DNA from: Hausera hauseri
Lineage: Eukaryota
DNA: 45,996 bases
Reading direction: 5' to 3'
NCBI GenBank assembly: GCA_046269625.1
Contig: JBJURY010000012.1
Span: 62,001-107,996 of the forward strand
Part shown: piece after piece, positions 31,939-41,409 of the stretch
How positions within the stretch are numbered: the first letter of the stretch is position 1
Layout of the letters: each line of letters starts with the position of its first letter
Translations under genes and position numbers: made by a program
The notes under the pieces: model-generated
The model's database searches: none
Told to the model about the DNA's origin: nothing
The model's input: the letters and a program-made list of their open reading frames with translations, nothing else

Positions 31939-32596
31939 AAAAATATTGATCAATTAAATCCGAATGATTTAAACTATTCCTTCTAAAATTATTAAACACA
32001 GACATACTACTCTTAAATTTTGTCATATTTTCTAACATTTTACATACCTTTCCTACAATTCTTTTGATACTTGATGAATTATTTATTTTTATAAAAAATT
32101 TTATAATATTATAAGAACTTTTTTTTATTATTTTATAATTAATCCTAAGAATATTAGAATTATTTGATTCAATCATAATTATTTTCTTTCTTGACTTCAT
32201 TTTTCCATTTTTTATATGAATTTTTAATTCAATATTTTTATATGAATTTAATATACATACATCACCATCTATTTTACATATCTTTTTTATAATAAACATA
32301 TTACTTACAATAATATTATTATTAACTCTTATATTCAATTTAGAAATATAATCCAAGTTAAAACATATTTTTTTTAAATTTAGTATAATCTGTGTTGTAT
32401 CTTCATACACATATCGCATGTTAATGAATTCATTATCAATATTTTTAAATTTAACACCGTAAATACCTGATGATATACTACATTCTAAAAAAATTTTTCT
32501 TAGTAAACTAGAATAAATTCTAGAAACCTTTTTACTAACCTTTTCAAACTCAATAATATAAGTTTTTTTTTTTAATTTTCTTAGTTTTATTTTCAT
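31928..32596 (-). CDS. rpoA: RNA polymerase alpha subunit, NTD only
   Basis: LRK.FL, NEF....V.ED..QIILNLK; between rpsD and rplQ. Confidence 0.87.
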   Translation of the reverse strand: MKIKLRKLKKKTYIIEFEKVSKKVSRIYSSLLRKIFLECSISSGIYGVKFKNIDNEFINMRYVYEDTTQIILNLKKICFNLDYISKLNIRVNNNIIVSNMFIIKKICKIDGDVCILNSYKNIELKIHIKNGKMKSRKKIIMIESNNSNILRINYKIIKKSSYNIIKFFIKINNSSSIKRIVGKVCKMLENMTKFKSSMSVFNNFRRNSLNHSDLIDQYFYEA

Positions 32597-33141
32597 ATTT
32601 TATTATTATAAAAACTAAGTATATTTTTTATATCAAATAAATTACATACTATATTTAAATCTGGTTTATTAATTATAAAAATCTTATTACTAATTACTTT
32701 TATCCATTTATTTATAGTTATTTTTTTATCAAACTTAGAAGATTTATCCAATAATATTACAGAATCTATACTCAGTAAATACGACGGAATATTAACGACT
32801 ATATTATTCACTCTTACATGCTTATGGTTTATATATTGTCTAGCTGACTTACGTGTTAAAAAATAACCGGTTCTATATAGTACATTATCTAATCTATATT
32901 CTAATATACTTAATAAATTAACGTTTTTTTTTCTACTATATACAACATATCTAAATAAATTATTTTCCTTAATACAATAATATCTTTTTATTTTTTGTTT
33001 AGATCTAAGTTGTTTATTATATTCAGTATCTTTCTTTTTTTTTTCCTTGTATATAAAAAAATTAATTCTCTTTTTTAAATTAGAAAATAATTCCAAATTA
33101 AACATTTCTCTTTTATATAATTTCCCTCTTTTTATATTCAT
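32593..33141 (-). CDS. rpsD: 30S ribosomal protein S4
   Basis: QLRSKQK, LEYRLDNVLYR, ARQYINH, VNIPSY. Confidence 0.95.
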   Translation of the reverse strand: MNIKRGKLYKREMFNLELFSNLKKRINFFIYKEKKKKDTEYNKQLRSKQKIKRYYCIKENNLFRYVVYSRKKNVNLLSILEYRLDNVLYRTGYFLTRKSARQYINHKHVRVNNIVVNIPSYLLSIDSVILLDKSSKFDKKITINKWIKVISNKIFIINKPDLNIVCNLFDIKNILSFYNNKI

Positions 33142-33488
33142 ACTCTTCTTTTTTTCTTAGGTCTACATCCATTATGTGAAATCGGTGTAATATCTAAAAT
33201 AGCAATAATATTTAAATTTAAACTCTCTAAAATTCTTAATATAGCCTCTCTACCTGGCCCTTTTCCTTTAAATAATACTCTAACATTAGAGATTCCTAAA
33301 TCCATTATCTTATCTTTTATAGAATTAATATTTCTCTGTGCGGCAAAAGGAGTGGATTTTTTAGCTCCTTTAAATCCGTTTACTCCTGAACTAGTCCAAA
33401 ATAATGGTTTACCGAAATTATTTGAAACAGTAATAATAATATTGTTAAAAGAAGTGTAAACATTTATATTAAAAAAAAAATTATTCAT
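33138..33488 (-). CDS. rpsK: 30S ribosomal protein S11
   Basis: KKSTPFAAQ, GPGRE, HNGCRPKKKRRV. Confidence 0.97.
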   Translation of the reverse strand: MNNFFFNINVYTSFNNIIITVSNNFGKPLFWTSSGVNGFKGAKKSTPFAAQRNINSIKDKIMDLGISNVRVLFKGKGPGREAILRILESLNLNIIAILDITPISHNGCRPKKKRRV

Positions 33489-33865
33489 ATTAAATTCTTA
33501 TTTTTTCTTCTGGTATTAGCATTAGTTCTGGTTCTTTGACCTCTAACAGGTAAAAATTTATGATGTCTATAACCTCTATAACAATTAATTCTTATCAACC
33601 GTTTTATATTTTCTATCTTTTGTCTTTTCAAAGAATCGCCTGTTTTTAATTTATTTATCCCTTCTAACAAATTATCTTTATCAATGTCTTTTAATTCGGA
33701 AATTCTTTTATTATATATATCATATTTCTTACACAAACTAAATGCTGTACTAATACCAATACCATATATATTAGTTAAAAAATATCTTACAAAAACACTA
33801 TTTTTTGTATAGATATTTAAAAAATAAATATATTTATCCTCCTTGCTTTTGTTTATGCTTGCCAT
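33485..33865 (-). CDS. rpsM: 30S ribosomal protein S13 (start uncertain)
   Basis: IYGIG, YRG.RH, LPVRGQRTRTNA. Confidence 0.95.
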   Translation of the reverse strand: MASINKSKEDKYIYFLNIYTKNSVFVRYFLTNIYGIGISTAFSLCKKYDIYNKRISELKDIDKDNLLEGINKLKTGDSLKRQKIENIKRLIRINCYRGYRHHKFLPVRGQRTRTNANTRRKNKNLI

Positions 33866-33950
33866 ATTTACAATAATTGAATAGTTTTTTACCTCTTCTA
33901 ACTAACTTACAATATAAACAAATTTTCTTAATGGAAGTTACAATTTTCAT
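33834..33950 (-). CDS. rpmJ: 50S ribosomal protein L36
   Basis: Hand translation MKIVTSIKKICLYCKLVRRGKKLFNYCKYGKHKQKQGG (CxxC..C..H). Confidence 0.93.
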   Translation of the reverse strand: MKIVTSIKKICLYCKLVRRGKKLFNYCKYGKHKQKQGG

Positions 33951-34159
33951 CTTATCCTATATACTATACGACCTTTATTAAAATCATTTATTCCAAATTC
34001 CACTAGTACCTCATCTCCTGGGATAATTCTAATAAAATTTATTCTCATTTTACCTGAAATATAACAAATAACTTTCTTATTATTCTTCAACCTTATTAAA
34101 AAAGTAGAACTAGGTAAATTCTTTACAACAACACCTATAACTTTTATTTTTTTTGACAT
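33947..34159 (-). CDS. infA: translation initiation factor IF-1
   Basis: ISGKMRINFIRIIPGD, KGRIVYR. Confidence 0.96.
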   Translation of the reverse strand: MSKKIKVIGVVVKNLPSSTFLIRLKNNKKVICYISGKMRINFIRIIPGDEVLVEFGINDFNKGRIVYRIR

Positions 34160-34517
34160 AAAATATATTTCCTCCAAAAGATTCTATTATCTTTTTAGCT
34201 TTACGACATGCTTGTATATTATATAAAAAACACTTGAAATGAAACATATCAAATAGTAATTTCATTAGAATAGAGGTTGAAATAAATGAACCATGTAAAA
34301 TAAAATTAATCTTTCTGGAGCAAGAATGTTTTCTGAAGGTTATCTTTTTTATTCTTCTAAAAAAATTAATATATTTAGTACTAAAAGACCTCATATTCTT
34401 ATATCCAGATCTGGATCTTTGACCTTTATTACCTCTACCGCAAGTATTACCATTACCAGAAGCATTTCCTCTACCCACTCTTTTCCTTTTCTTACATAAC
34501 TTTCTAACTAGAATCAT
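34110..34517 (-). CDS. rplO: 50S ribosomal protein L15
   Basis: KRVGRGNASGNGNTCGRGNKGQRSRSG. Confidence 0.93.
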   Translation of the reverse strand: MILVRKLCKKRKRVGRGNASGNGNTCGRGNKGQRSRSGYKNMRSFSTKYINFFRRIKKITFRKHSCSRKINFILHGSFISTSILMKLLFDMFHFKCFLYNIQACRKAKKIIESFGGNIFYVKKNKSYRCCCKEFT

Positions 34518-34915
34518 TTTTTCAAAATACTTATTATTATATTTATAATATTAAAACTATTTTTAGTGCCAAATACTTTACAATATATATTATTTATACT
34601 CAAAATATTAAATATCTTTCTTACAATCCCCCCAACATAGTATCCTAACTTTGAATACCCAATCAATACTCTGGATTTACAAAATTCACCATAATAACAA
34701 CTAAACATATTAAAATTAATACAAACCCTAAAAATATTTTGCTTCGCTTTATCATAAGATTTTTTTATAGCAGATGAAAGATCTCCAGATTTACCCTTAC
34801 CAAATCCTATATTATTAGTATTTCCCATAACAGAATAAACGCAATATCTAAAATGCCTTCCACCAGCTCTGACAAAAGAAGTTTTCTTAATTAATAAAAT
34901 ATCTTTCCTAAACAT
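34514..34915 (-). CDS. rpsE: 30S ribosomal protein S5
   Basis: GGRHF, IGFGKGKS, AIKK, KVFGT.N. Confidence 0.92.
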   Translation of the reverse strand: MFRKDILLIKKTSFVRAGGRHFRYCVYSVMGNTNNIGFGKGKSGDLSSAIKKSYDKAKQNIFRVCINFNMFSCYYGEFCKSRVLIGYSKLGYYVGGIVRKIFNILSINNIYCKVFGTKNSFNIINIIISILKK

Positions 34916-35273
34916 AATATTCAGAATATTTTCTAACAAACTTTTGTAGATATTTTTTTGCTATTTTACCCGCTAAAATGCAATATGTCAAGTCCCTAAC
35001 TTTTATACCTAAATATTTTATTTTTAACATAAATAATAAAATAATCAATTTGATAGAATACTTACTTTTTTTATTTTTTTTTTTAATATTTATTATATTG
35101 AATATTTTACTATCCAAAGTAGATAAAGAAAATAAAATATTATTAGTATTTATTCTATATAATGTAAAATAAATATTAACATTAGAATAATTGACTATAA
35201 CAATATATTTTTTATTTTTATTTTTTATAAAGATTTTTTTTTTATATAAAGTATATCTATTTACTCTTTTCAT
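34908..35273 (-). CDS. rplR: 50S ribosomal protein L18 (divergent)
   Basis: SNVNIY, STL; between rplF and rpsE. Confidence 0.7.
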   Translation of the reverse strand: MKRVNRYTLYKKKIFIKNKNKKYIVIVNYSNVNIYFTLYRINTNNILFSLSTLDSKIFNIINIKKKNKKSKYSIKLIILLFMLKIKYLGIKVRDLTYCILAGKIAKKYLQKFVRKYSEYYV

Positions 35274-35793
35274 CCTTTTTTCTTTTTTTAATATTTATAA
35301 CCTCGTGCTTATATTTCAAACCGGTAGATGTATAAACATTTATTTTATTAACCCCTACAATCTTATTTGCAAAATTTCCCAAAATCTCTTTATTACGCGA
35401 TATCATTATCATTTTTTTTCCATTACTTAGTATAACAATATTAATAATACTAGGCACAATAAAAAGTATAGTATGAGAAAATTTACATTTTATAATTAAA
35501 ACACTATTATTACAATCAAACTTATATCCAACACCAACCAATTCAATTTTTTTAGAAAAATTCTTCTTCATTCCAATAACAAGATTATTTATGTGGGAAT
35601 AATAAGTTACCGATAAAAAATTATTACTGCATATTTTAATATACTTCTTTTTTTTAGAAACAAATAATCTAACATTGTTCGGAATGTCTTTATGAATATA
35701 ATTATTACCATTGCTAAACACTAATAAATGTAATTTTCTACTATAAAATACATTTAAATTACTAAAAAAAATTTTTCTTCTGTAATCTTTCAT
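35257..35793 (-). CDS. rplF: 50S ribosomal protein L6
   Basis: ELVGVGYK, FSH, YTSTGLKY. Confidence 0.9.
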   Translation of the reverse strand: MKDYRRKIFFSNLNVFYSRKLHLLVFSNGNNYIHKDIPNNVRLFVSKKKKYIKICSNNFLSVTYYSHINNLVIGMKKNFSKKIELVGVGYKFDCNNSVLIIKCKFSHTILFIVPSIINIVILSNGKKMIMISRNKEILGNFANKIVGVNKINVYTSTGLKYKHEVINIKKRKKDEKSK

Positions 35794-36154
35794 TAATTTC
35801 AACTAATAAAATTCCCCCTGTTTTATTAATAATAGAATCATAACTATTTAACAGACCAAGATTTGTAGAAAACAACATGCGTCTAAATAGTAACTTACTT
35901 ATTACTTTGTATTTATAATAATGATATATACTAGGCTTTGAAAACAACACTAACCTAATACTAACAATATTTAAATACACAACTATATTTTTAATATCAC
36001 AGTAGAAAGTTTTAACTACAAAATATTTATACTTCAGTAAAGAAAACAAAAAGAAATAAATAAATTTAGAATACCTAATGGTTATTTTTTTTTTTCTTGC
36101 CAATAAATGATTATTTATATTGCAAACTAAATTAGTAAGATGTAGATTGGTCAT
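35762..36154 (-). CDS. rpsH: 30S ribosomal protein S8
   Basis: SKPS, STNLG, GG.LL; spc operon position. Confidence 0.88.
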   Translation of the reverse strand: MTNLHLTNLVCNINNHLLARKKKITIRYSKFIYFFLFSLLKYKYFVVKTFYCDIKNIVVYLNIVSIRLVLFSKPSIYHYYKYKVISKLLFRRMLFSTNLGLLNSYDSIINKTGGILLVEINERLQKKNFF

Positions 36155-36456
36155 TACCAGCTAGATTTTAATAAACCCGAAATTTTGCAATCAACCAACA
36201 TATCTCTCAATAAATTTCTTGAGATCATAAATTTCTTCAATACACCTCTAGGTCTACCCGTAAAATAACATCTTTTTCTTAATCTTATCTTCATGGAATT
36301 TCTTGGTAATTTTTGTAGCTTAATTTCAGAATATAAACTATTTAAATTATTACAAGAATTCTTTATAACTGTTTTATAATATTCTCTTCTACTATTGAAA
36401 ATATTGTTTAATCTAATCCTTTTTTTTTCCCTTTCTAATACAGATTTTTTAGACAT
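36154..36456 (-). CDS. rpsN: 30S ribosomal protein S14
   Basis: MSKKS, LQKLPRNS, RC..TGRPRG, KSSW. Confidence 0.95.
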   Translation of the reverse strand: MSKKSVLEREKKRIRLNNIFNSRREYYKTVIKNSCNNLNSLYSEIKLQKLPRNSMKIRLRKRCYFTGRPRGVLKKFMISRNLLRDMLVDCKISGLLKSSW

Positions 36457-37003
36457 TTTCTTTAAAAACGAAGTTAAAAGTTTTAAGTAGTATAATAGAC
36501 TCATTTAAACTTTTAGAGTTTAAATGCAAAGTAATATTTAATCCTTTTAGACTAATATTTTTAATACTAGTCAATTCAAGAAAGATGGAAGAATTGTTAA
36601 TTCCAATACTAAAATTATTACTACTATCAAAAGAATTAATAGAAAAACCACAAAAATTTTTCATATTAGAACAATATAAATTTACTAATCTATCAATAAA
36701 ATCATACATATTATTATTTCTCAAAGTAATTTTTAAACCTAAATTCATATTTTTTTTAATACCAAATTCTGAAATTGATTTCTTTGCTTTCAAAACAAAA
36801 GGTTTTTGAAATGTTACCATTTCTAATTCTCTTATACACCTAATCAAATTATTTTCTCTTAAACTATTTGAAAAGGTAACATTTAAAACTATTTTAATTA
36901 TTTTAGGAACACACATTATGTTTTTGTAGCCTAAATATTTTATAAAAAAAGGTACTATTTTTTCTACATAATATATTTTATATCTAGAAACATATATTTT
37001 CAT
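36449..37003 (-). CDS. rplE: 50S ribosomal protein L5
   Basis: VPKIIKIVLN, QKP...AKKSI..F, KITLR. Confidence 0.95.
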   Translation of the reverse strand: MKIYVSRYKIYYVEKIVPFFIKYLGYKNIMCVPKIIKIVLNVTFSNSLRENNLIRCIRELEMVTFQKPFVLKAKKSISEFGIKKNMNLGLKITLRNNNMYDFIDRLVNLYCSNMKNFCGFSINSFDSSNNFSIGINNSSIFLELTSIKNISLKGLNITLHLNSKSLNESIILLKTFNFVFKENV

Positions 37004-37359
37004 ATTGTGTAAGAACAAAAAGATAATATTTTACTAACCTTTGTATATTTAAGTTCTTTCAAAATAACACCAAATATTCTCGTGCCAATAAGTTCAAAAT
37101 TATCATTCAACAAAACTACAGAATTATCCATAAACTTTAAATAAAAACCATCATGTCTACGAATTCCGTATTTTGTTTTAACCACAAGTGCATAATACAT
37201 ATCACCTTTATTTACTCTGGTATTGGATTTAACTTTTTTTACACTGACTTTTATGATGTCACCTATCATTGCTACTTTCTTTTTTATTACTTTTATACAA
37301 TAAACTTCTTTAGCACCCGAATTATCGGAAACTCTTAGATATGAACCTTGCTGTATCAT
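37000..37359 (-). CDS. rplN: 50S ribosomal protein L14
   Basis: MIQ, DNSGAK, GTRIFG. Confidence 0.97.
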   Translation of the reverse strand: MIQQGSYLRVSDNSGAKEVYCIKVIKKKVAMIGDIIKVSVKKVKSNTRVNKGDMYYALVVKTKYGIRRHDGFYLKFMDNSVVLLNDNFELIGTRIFGVILKELKYTKVSKILSFCSYTI

Positions 37360-37574
37360 AGTACTCTACTAAATCTGAACTTTTTTTTTTGAGAATAAGT
37401 TTTGCAATGAATAAATTCAATTGCCATACCCACCTTTAAAAAAACAAAACGAAAATCAACCAAATAATAATTAGTTACTAAGTATATTTTATTGTATTTA
37501 CTATTTTTTTTTTTTCTTCTTACAAGAACTTTCAATGTTCTTCTAGAACATATCTTATCAATTTTACCTATCAT
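37356..37574 (-). CDS. rpsQ: 30S ribosomal protein S17
   Basis: KY.K, KVG, SQKKKF; position. Confidence 0.82.
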   Translation of the reverse strand: MIGKIDKICSRRTLKVLVRRKKKNSKYNKIYLVTNYYLVDFRFVFLKVGMAIEFIHCKTYSQKKKFRFSRVL

Positions 37575-37963
37575 AAATTACAAATAATCTTTGTTTTCAC
37601 TGGTAACTTATAAGATGCTGCTTTCAACGCTTTAATGCAAAGCTTAATATTTCTACTACCAAGTTCACAAATCACTCTGTTAGGTTTCACAGAACAAATA
37701 TAATATATAATATCCCCTTTACCGTTTCCCATCCTCATTTCTTGAGGTTTTTTAGTAACGGAAACGGTGGGGAAGATTCTGAATATAAGTTTACACTCCC
37801 TATTCATAATATGAGTTATAACTTTTCTACTAGATTCTAATTGTTTTTTTTTTAAAAAACCTGAACTTAAAGCAATAAGACCAAAATGATAAAAAATAAG
37901 TTTATTACTGTTATAAGAATAACCTTTATTCTTTAAAGCTCTGAATTTAGTAAAATTCTTCAT
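37571..37963 (-). CDS. rplP: 50S ribosomal protein L16
   Basis: RIFP, TKKP.EMRMGNGKG, KLP. Confidence 0.96.
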   Translation of the reverse strand: MKNFTKFRALKNKGYSYNSNKLIFYHFGLIALSSGFLKKKQLESSRKVITHIMNRECKLIFRIFPTVSVTKKPQEMRMGNGKGDIIYYICSVKPNRVICELGSRNIKLCIKALKAASYKLPVKTKIICNL

Positions 37964-38568
37964 TTAAAATAACAAATCCATACTTTTATACCAAGTATAC
38001 CATACTTTGTCCTAATTCTATTAGAAGAATACTTAATACATGTATCTATAGAATGTAAAGGTATACTACCAAAAACATATTTTTCTCTTTTAGAAAGATC
38101 GGAACCATTAATTCTTCCGGTTATCAAAACTTTAATTCCTCTGACAAATCTTTTGTTTACATATTTCAACATATTCTTTTTTATAAAGAATTTGTAACTA
38201 TTATTTACTATTTTGTAAGACAATAAATTAGATAAATTCTCTGGGGTAATAAATAATATCTTTCTAATATTAATAAAGATATTAAATAAAAGATAACTGT
38301 ATAATTTTTTTTTTAGCAATCTAACATTTTTTCCCATTCGCCCTATTAATACACCTGGTTTATCAGTATAAATAGTTAGAATATAACATTTCTCTAAATA
38401 TTCAATATAAAAATCACTTATTAAATAATTAAAATTATTATCCAAAACTTTCTTTATCAATAAATATACCTTAATACAATCAAAAAAATATTTCTCACTA
38501 TAAAACCTAGTTTTCCAATTCAAACTTCTAATAATCCTTAAAAAATTAGGATTTATTTTTTTTCCCAT
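37960..38568 (-). CDS. rpsC: 30S ribosomal protein S3
   Basis: MGKKINP, PGVLIGR.G, GRING, TKYGILGIKVWI. Confidence 0.96.
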   Translation of the reverse strand: MGKKINPNFLRIIRSLNWKTRFYSEKYFFDCIKVYLLIKKVLDNNFNYLISDFYIEYLEKCYILTIYTDKPGVLIGRMGKNVRLLKKKLYSYLLFNIFINIRKILFITPENLSNLLSYKIVNNSYKFFIKKNMLKYVNKRFVRGIKVLITGRINGSDLSKREKYVFGSIPLHSIDTCIKYSSNRIRTKYGILGIKVWICYFK

Positions 38569-38891
38569 ACATAAACCGATAAAAATAAATTACACCGACT
38601 TCTTTTCAAAAAAGAAGTCTTTCCCCTAGCTAAATAAATAATTTTTTTTGTACTTGTTGATTTATTAGCATATAAATAATCAATAACAATTTCCTTAATA
38701 TCAAAACTGAAATTAATATTATTAAGTAACAAATTAAATAACTTAATCAAAAACTTAGATTTTTTACTATCGAAAAATAAAAAATAATTATACATTCTAT
38801 TAAAACTTAATTTTTTTACGGTTCTCAAAAAAAACTTCATTTTTTTCAATGACACATTAATTTTTTTTAAACTTACCTTTAATTTTATCAT
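38553..38891 (-). CDS. rplV: 50S ribosomal protein L22
   Basis: S.KK, ARG motif; position. Confidence 0.82.
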   Translation of the reverse strand: MIKLKVSLKKINVSLKKMKFFLRTVKKLSFNRMYNYFLFFDSKKSKFLIKLFNLLLNNINFSFDIKEIVIDYLYANKSTSTKKIIYLARGKTSFLKRSRCNLFLSVYVWEKK

Positions 38892-39150
38892 CTTTAATAG
38901 ATCTAGAATGCTTCAAAAATTTTCTGGTGAAAATAAATTCACCTAACTTATGACCAATCATTTCGTTAGTCACTGTAACTGGTAAATGTTTTCTACCGTT
39001 ATGCACATAAAATATTAAACCCACAAACCTTGGTAAAATTACAGAATTCCTAGACCAGGTTTTTATTACACTTAACCTACCTAAATAATATTTATAAACA
39101 ATATTTAAAAGTTTAATACTACAAAATAGATTTTTTTTTTTACTCCTCAT
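38857..39150 (-). CDS. rpsS: 30S ribosomal protein S19
   Basis: [19 protein letters not shown]. Confidence 0.97.
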   Translation of the reverse strand: MRSKKKNLFCSIKLLNIVYKYYLGRLSVIKTWSRNSVILPRFVGLIFYVHNGRKHLPVTVTNEMIGHKLGEFIFTRKFLKHSRSIKDDKIKGKFKKN

Positions 39151-39947
39151 ATTAAAAACTTATCAGTTCGTTTTATTTTCCTAGTTTTCAATCCCTTAGT
39201 TAAAAAACCCGCAGGAGTAACTGGATGTCTCCCGGTAGAAGTTTTACCTTCTCCCCCCCCATGGGGGTGATCAACAGGATTCATAGCAACACCTCTAACA
39301 GTTGGTCTAATACCAAGTCTTCTATTAACTCCAGCTTTACCTTTCTTAATTAAATAATGATTAGAATTACCTACCTGACCTATCACTGCAATACATTTTA
39401 TATTAACACGCATCATTTGACCTGACTTCAATCTCAAAACACAATAATTATAACTCTTAAATACCAAAACACAAAAACTACCTGCTGACCTAGATAATTT
39501 TGCCCCTTTTCCCGGGATTAGTTCAACCTGACTTATTTTAATTCCCAAGGGTATTCCTTTTAAAATTAATGAATCCCCAAGATTATAATGATTACTATGT
39601 CTAACATACACTATATCTCCTAATTTTATACCTTTTATATGTAATACATACTTTTTTTCCCCACTAAATGAGGTAACTAAAGAAATTAAAGAACTTCTAT
39701 TAGGATCATATTCAATGCTTTTAATGATATAACAAACTTTTTGTTTGGAAAAACTAATTTTCCTGATTTTTCTTTTTTTTCCACCACCTCTGTGCCTTGT
39801 AGTAATTCTACCTATGTTGTTTCTACCACAACTATTCTTCTTACTGTATAATAATTTTTTTAATATAGGTTTGGAACAAATATTCACTAAACCAATTCTA
39901 CCTCTACTTCCCGATGAAGTAGGATTACATTTTTTTAAATAAGACAT
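39147..39947 (-). CDS. rplB: 50S ribosomal protein L2
   Basis: [33 protein letters not shown]. Confidence 0.98.
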   Translation of the reverse strand: MSYLKKCNPTSSGSRGRIGLVNICSKPILKKLLYSKKNSCGRNNIGRITTRHRGGGKKRKIRKISFSKQKVCYIIKSIEYDPNRSSLISLVTSFSGEKKYVLHIKGIKLGDIVYVRHSNHYNLGDSLILKGIPLGIKISQVELIPGKGAKLSRSAGSFCVLVFKSYNYCVLRLKSGQMMRVNIKCIAVIGQVGNSNHYLIKKGKAGVNRRLGIRPTVRGVAMNPVDHPHGGGEGKTSTGRHPVTPAGFLTKGLKTRKIKRTDKFLI

Positions 39948-40155
39948 AAAAAAATTTAATTTTCTTATTGCATCTAAGAAATGATCTGATAATAATTTTT
40001 TTTTTTCCATAAATAAAAAAAAAAATCTTTTTAATATCTAATTTACTTAATCCAAGTATAACAGTTGAAAAAATAAAATATTTAAATTTCCTAATAGAAA
40101 TTATTTTAAAACTCCTAAAAATAAAAACTAACGTATCAAAATTAATAATTTTCAT
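39925..40155 (-). CDS. rplW: 50S ribosomal protein L23 (divergent)
   Basis: SKLDIKK motif; between rplD and rplB. Confidence 0.65.
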   Translation of the reverse strand: MKIINFDTLVFIFRSFKIISIRKFKYFIFSTVILGLSKLDIKKIFFFIYGKKKIIIRSFLRCNKKIKFFYVLFKKM

Positions 40156-40741
40156 ATAAACTAATTAATTTCCCTAAACAATTATAGAAAAAAATTATAG
40201 TATCGAATTTAATAAAATAGATAGGGTTCATTTCATTGTAAGTAATAAAAAAATATTTATTAATATTTCTGAAAGATAAAAATAAATTTGAATCAAACTT
40301 ATCAGATATAAAAAGTGTTTTTCCACAACTATAATATTTATCTTTTATAAATTTAAATACATAATTTGAACTTGGTTTTTTTAATGTGATCTTTTTCAAA
40401 AAATATATTTTATTCTCAAATAAAAATTTTAATATTAAATTTTTTAAACAAGAAAAATACATTTTTTTATTATTTTTTTTTTTTAAACACTTTGAATTGC
40501 TAAAACATCTACCTCCTCCTCTAAATATAGGATTAGATCTACTCCCTTTTCTTGAATGTCCAAGACCTTTTTGAGGGAACAATTTTCTAGTCGAATAATT
40601 TAACCTAGATCTATTCTTCATATGTTTATTATTAATTCTATAAGTAAAAAAAATAGTTCTAATAACTTGACTAACCAAACTATAATTAAAAATAAATCTT
40701 TTTTTTATACACAAGATAATAGTAAAAAAATAATTTAACAT
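40142..40741 (-). CDS. rplD: 50S ribosomal protein L4
   Basis: QKGLGHSRKGS, RGGG, NKK. Confidence 0.93.
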   Translation of the reverse strand: MLNYFFTIILCIKKRFIFNYSLVSQVIRTIFFTYRINNKHMKNRSRLNYSTRKLFPQKGLGHSRKGSRSNPIFRGGGRCFSNSKCLKKKNNKKMYFSCLKNLILKFLFENKIYFLKKITLKKPSSNYVFKFIKDKYYSCGKTLFISDKFDSNLFLSFRNINKYFFITYNEMNPIYFIKFDTIIFFYNCLGKLISLYENY

Positions 40742-41331
40742 AATGATAACTTAATCATGGAATTTTTCTTACCAGGAATTGAACCATACAAAAAAATATT
40801 GTATTCAAAATTGTGAACTATTTTCACATTTCTGACACTAACTCGCTTATTACCCATTTGTCCAGGCATTTTTTTCCCTTTGAAAACTCTGCCTGGATCC
40901 TGGCACATACCTATAGATCCAGGCGTTCTATGAGATTTAGTATTACCATGAGTTTTATTACCTGAAGAAAAACCCCACCTTTTAATAACTCCAGAAAATC
41001 CTTTACCTATAGATCTAGAAGTGGCCTTAACAAAAATATCTTTCAATCCTCCTTTAGCAAACTTTAACATATCTCCAAAATTATAATATTTATTATACAC
41101 ATTTTTAAAATTACAAACATAACTGTAATATCTTAAATTAATTATTTTTTTTAAGACTGACAAGTTTTTCTTTTTTTTTACATTATTTTTATACAATAAT
41201 TTAACCACTGTTTTATTTCTCCAAAAAATAAAATTTTTATCATACCTAACCACCGTTACAGGTGTAAATTTATTGTTTATATAAAAAGAAACCATTCCTT
41301 TTTTCAGACAAACAACACCGAAGAATTTCAT
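40735..41331 (-). CDS. rplC: 50S ribosomal protein L3
   Basis: KKGM, PVTV, GKGFSGVIKRW, PGRVFKGKKMPG; start moved to MKFFG. Confidence 0.96.
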   Translation of the reverse strand: MKFFGVVCLKKGMVSFYINNKFTPVTVVRYDKNFIFWRNKTVVKLLYKNNVKKKKNLSVLKKIINLRYYSYVCNFKNVYNKYYNFGDMLKFAKGGLKDIFVKATSRSIGKGFSGVIKRWGFSSGNKTHGNTKSHRTPGSIGMCQDPGRVFKGKKMPGQMGNKRVSVRNVKIVHNFEYNIFLYGSIPGKKNSMIKLSLC

Positions 41332-41340
41332 ATTTTGGGC

Positions 41341-41369
41341 ATTATACACCAAAAAATCTGAAAAGTAAA
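41341..41369 (-). promoter_or_regulatory. sigma70-type promoter for the rplC operon
   Basis: TTTACT-17 nt-TATAAT followed by GCCC discriminator, ending 10 nt before the rplC ATG. Confidence 0.7.
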
Positions 41370-41373
41370 GTAC

Positions 41374-41402
41374 TTGACAAAAAGATAAATTGGGTGTATA
41401 AT
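41374..41402 (+). promoter_or_regulatory. sigma70 consensus rRNA promoter
   Basis: TTGACA-17 nt-TATAAT followed by GGCGC discriminator. Confidence 0.9.
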
Positions 41403-41409
41403 GGCGCAA

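Noticed and set aside
5269-40574. Short ORF-track ORFs antisense to or inside real genes (e.g. 5269, 8865, 19760, 20288, 21719, 27552, 30739, 34978, 35191, 36585, 37153, 39745, 40386)
   Set aside because: Shadow frames of well-supported genes with no motifs
1-41331. Full genetic code 4 (UGA=Trp genome-wide)
   Set aside because: All long genes are open in the standard code with TGG, and TGA coincides with conserved C-termini; only leaky or ambiguous use remains possible
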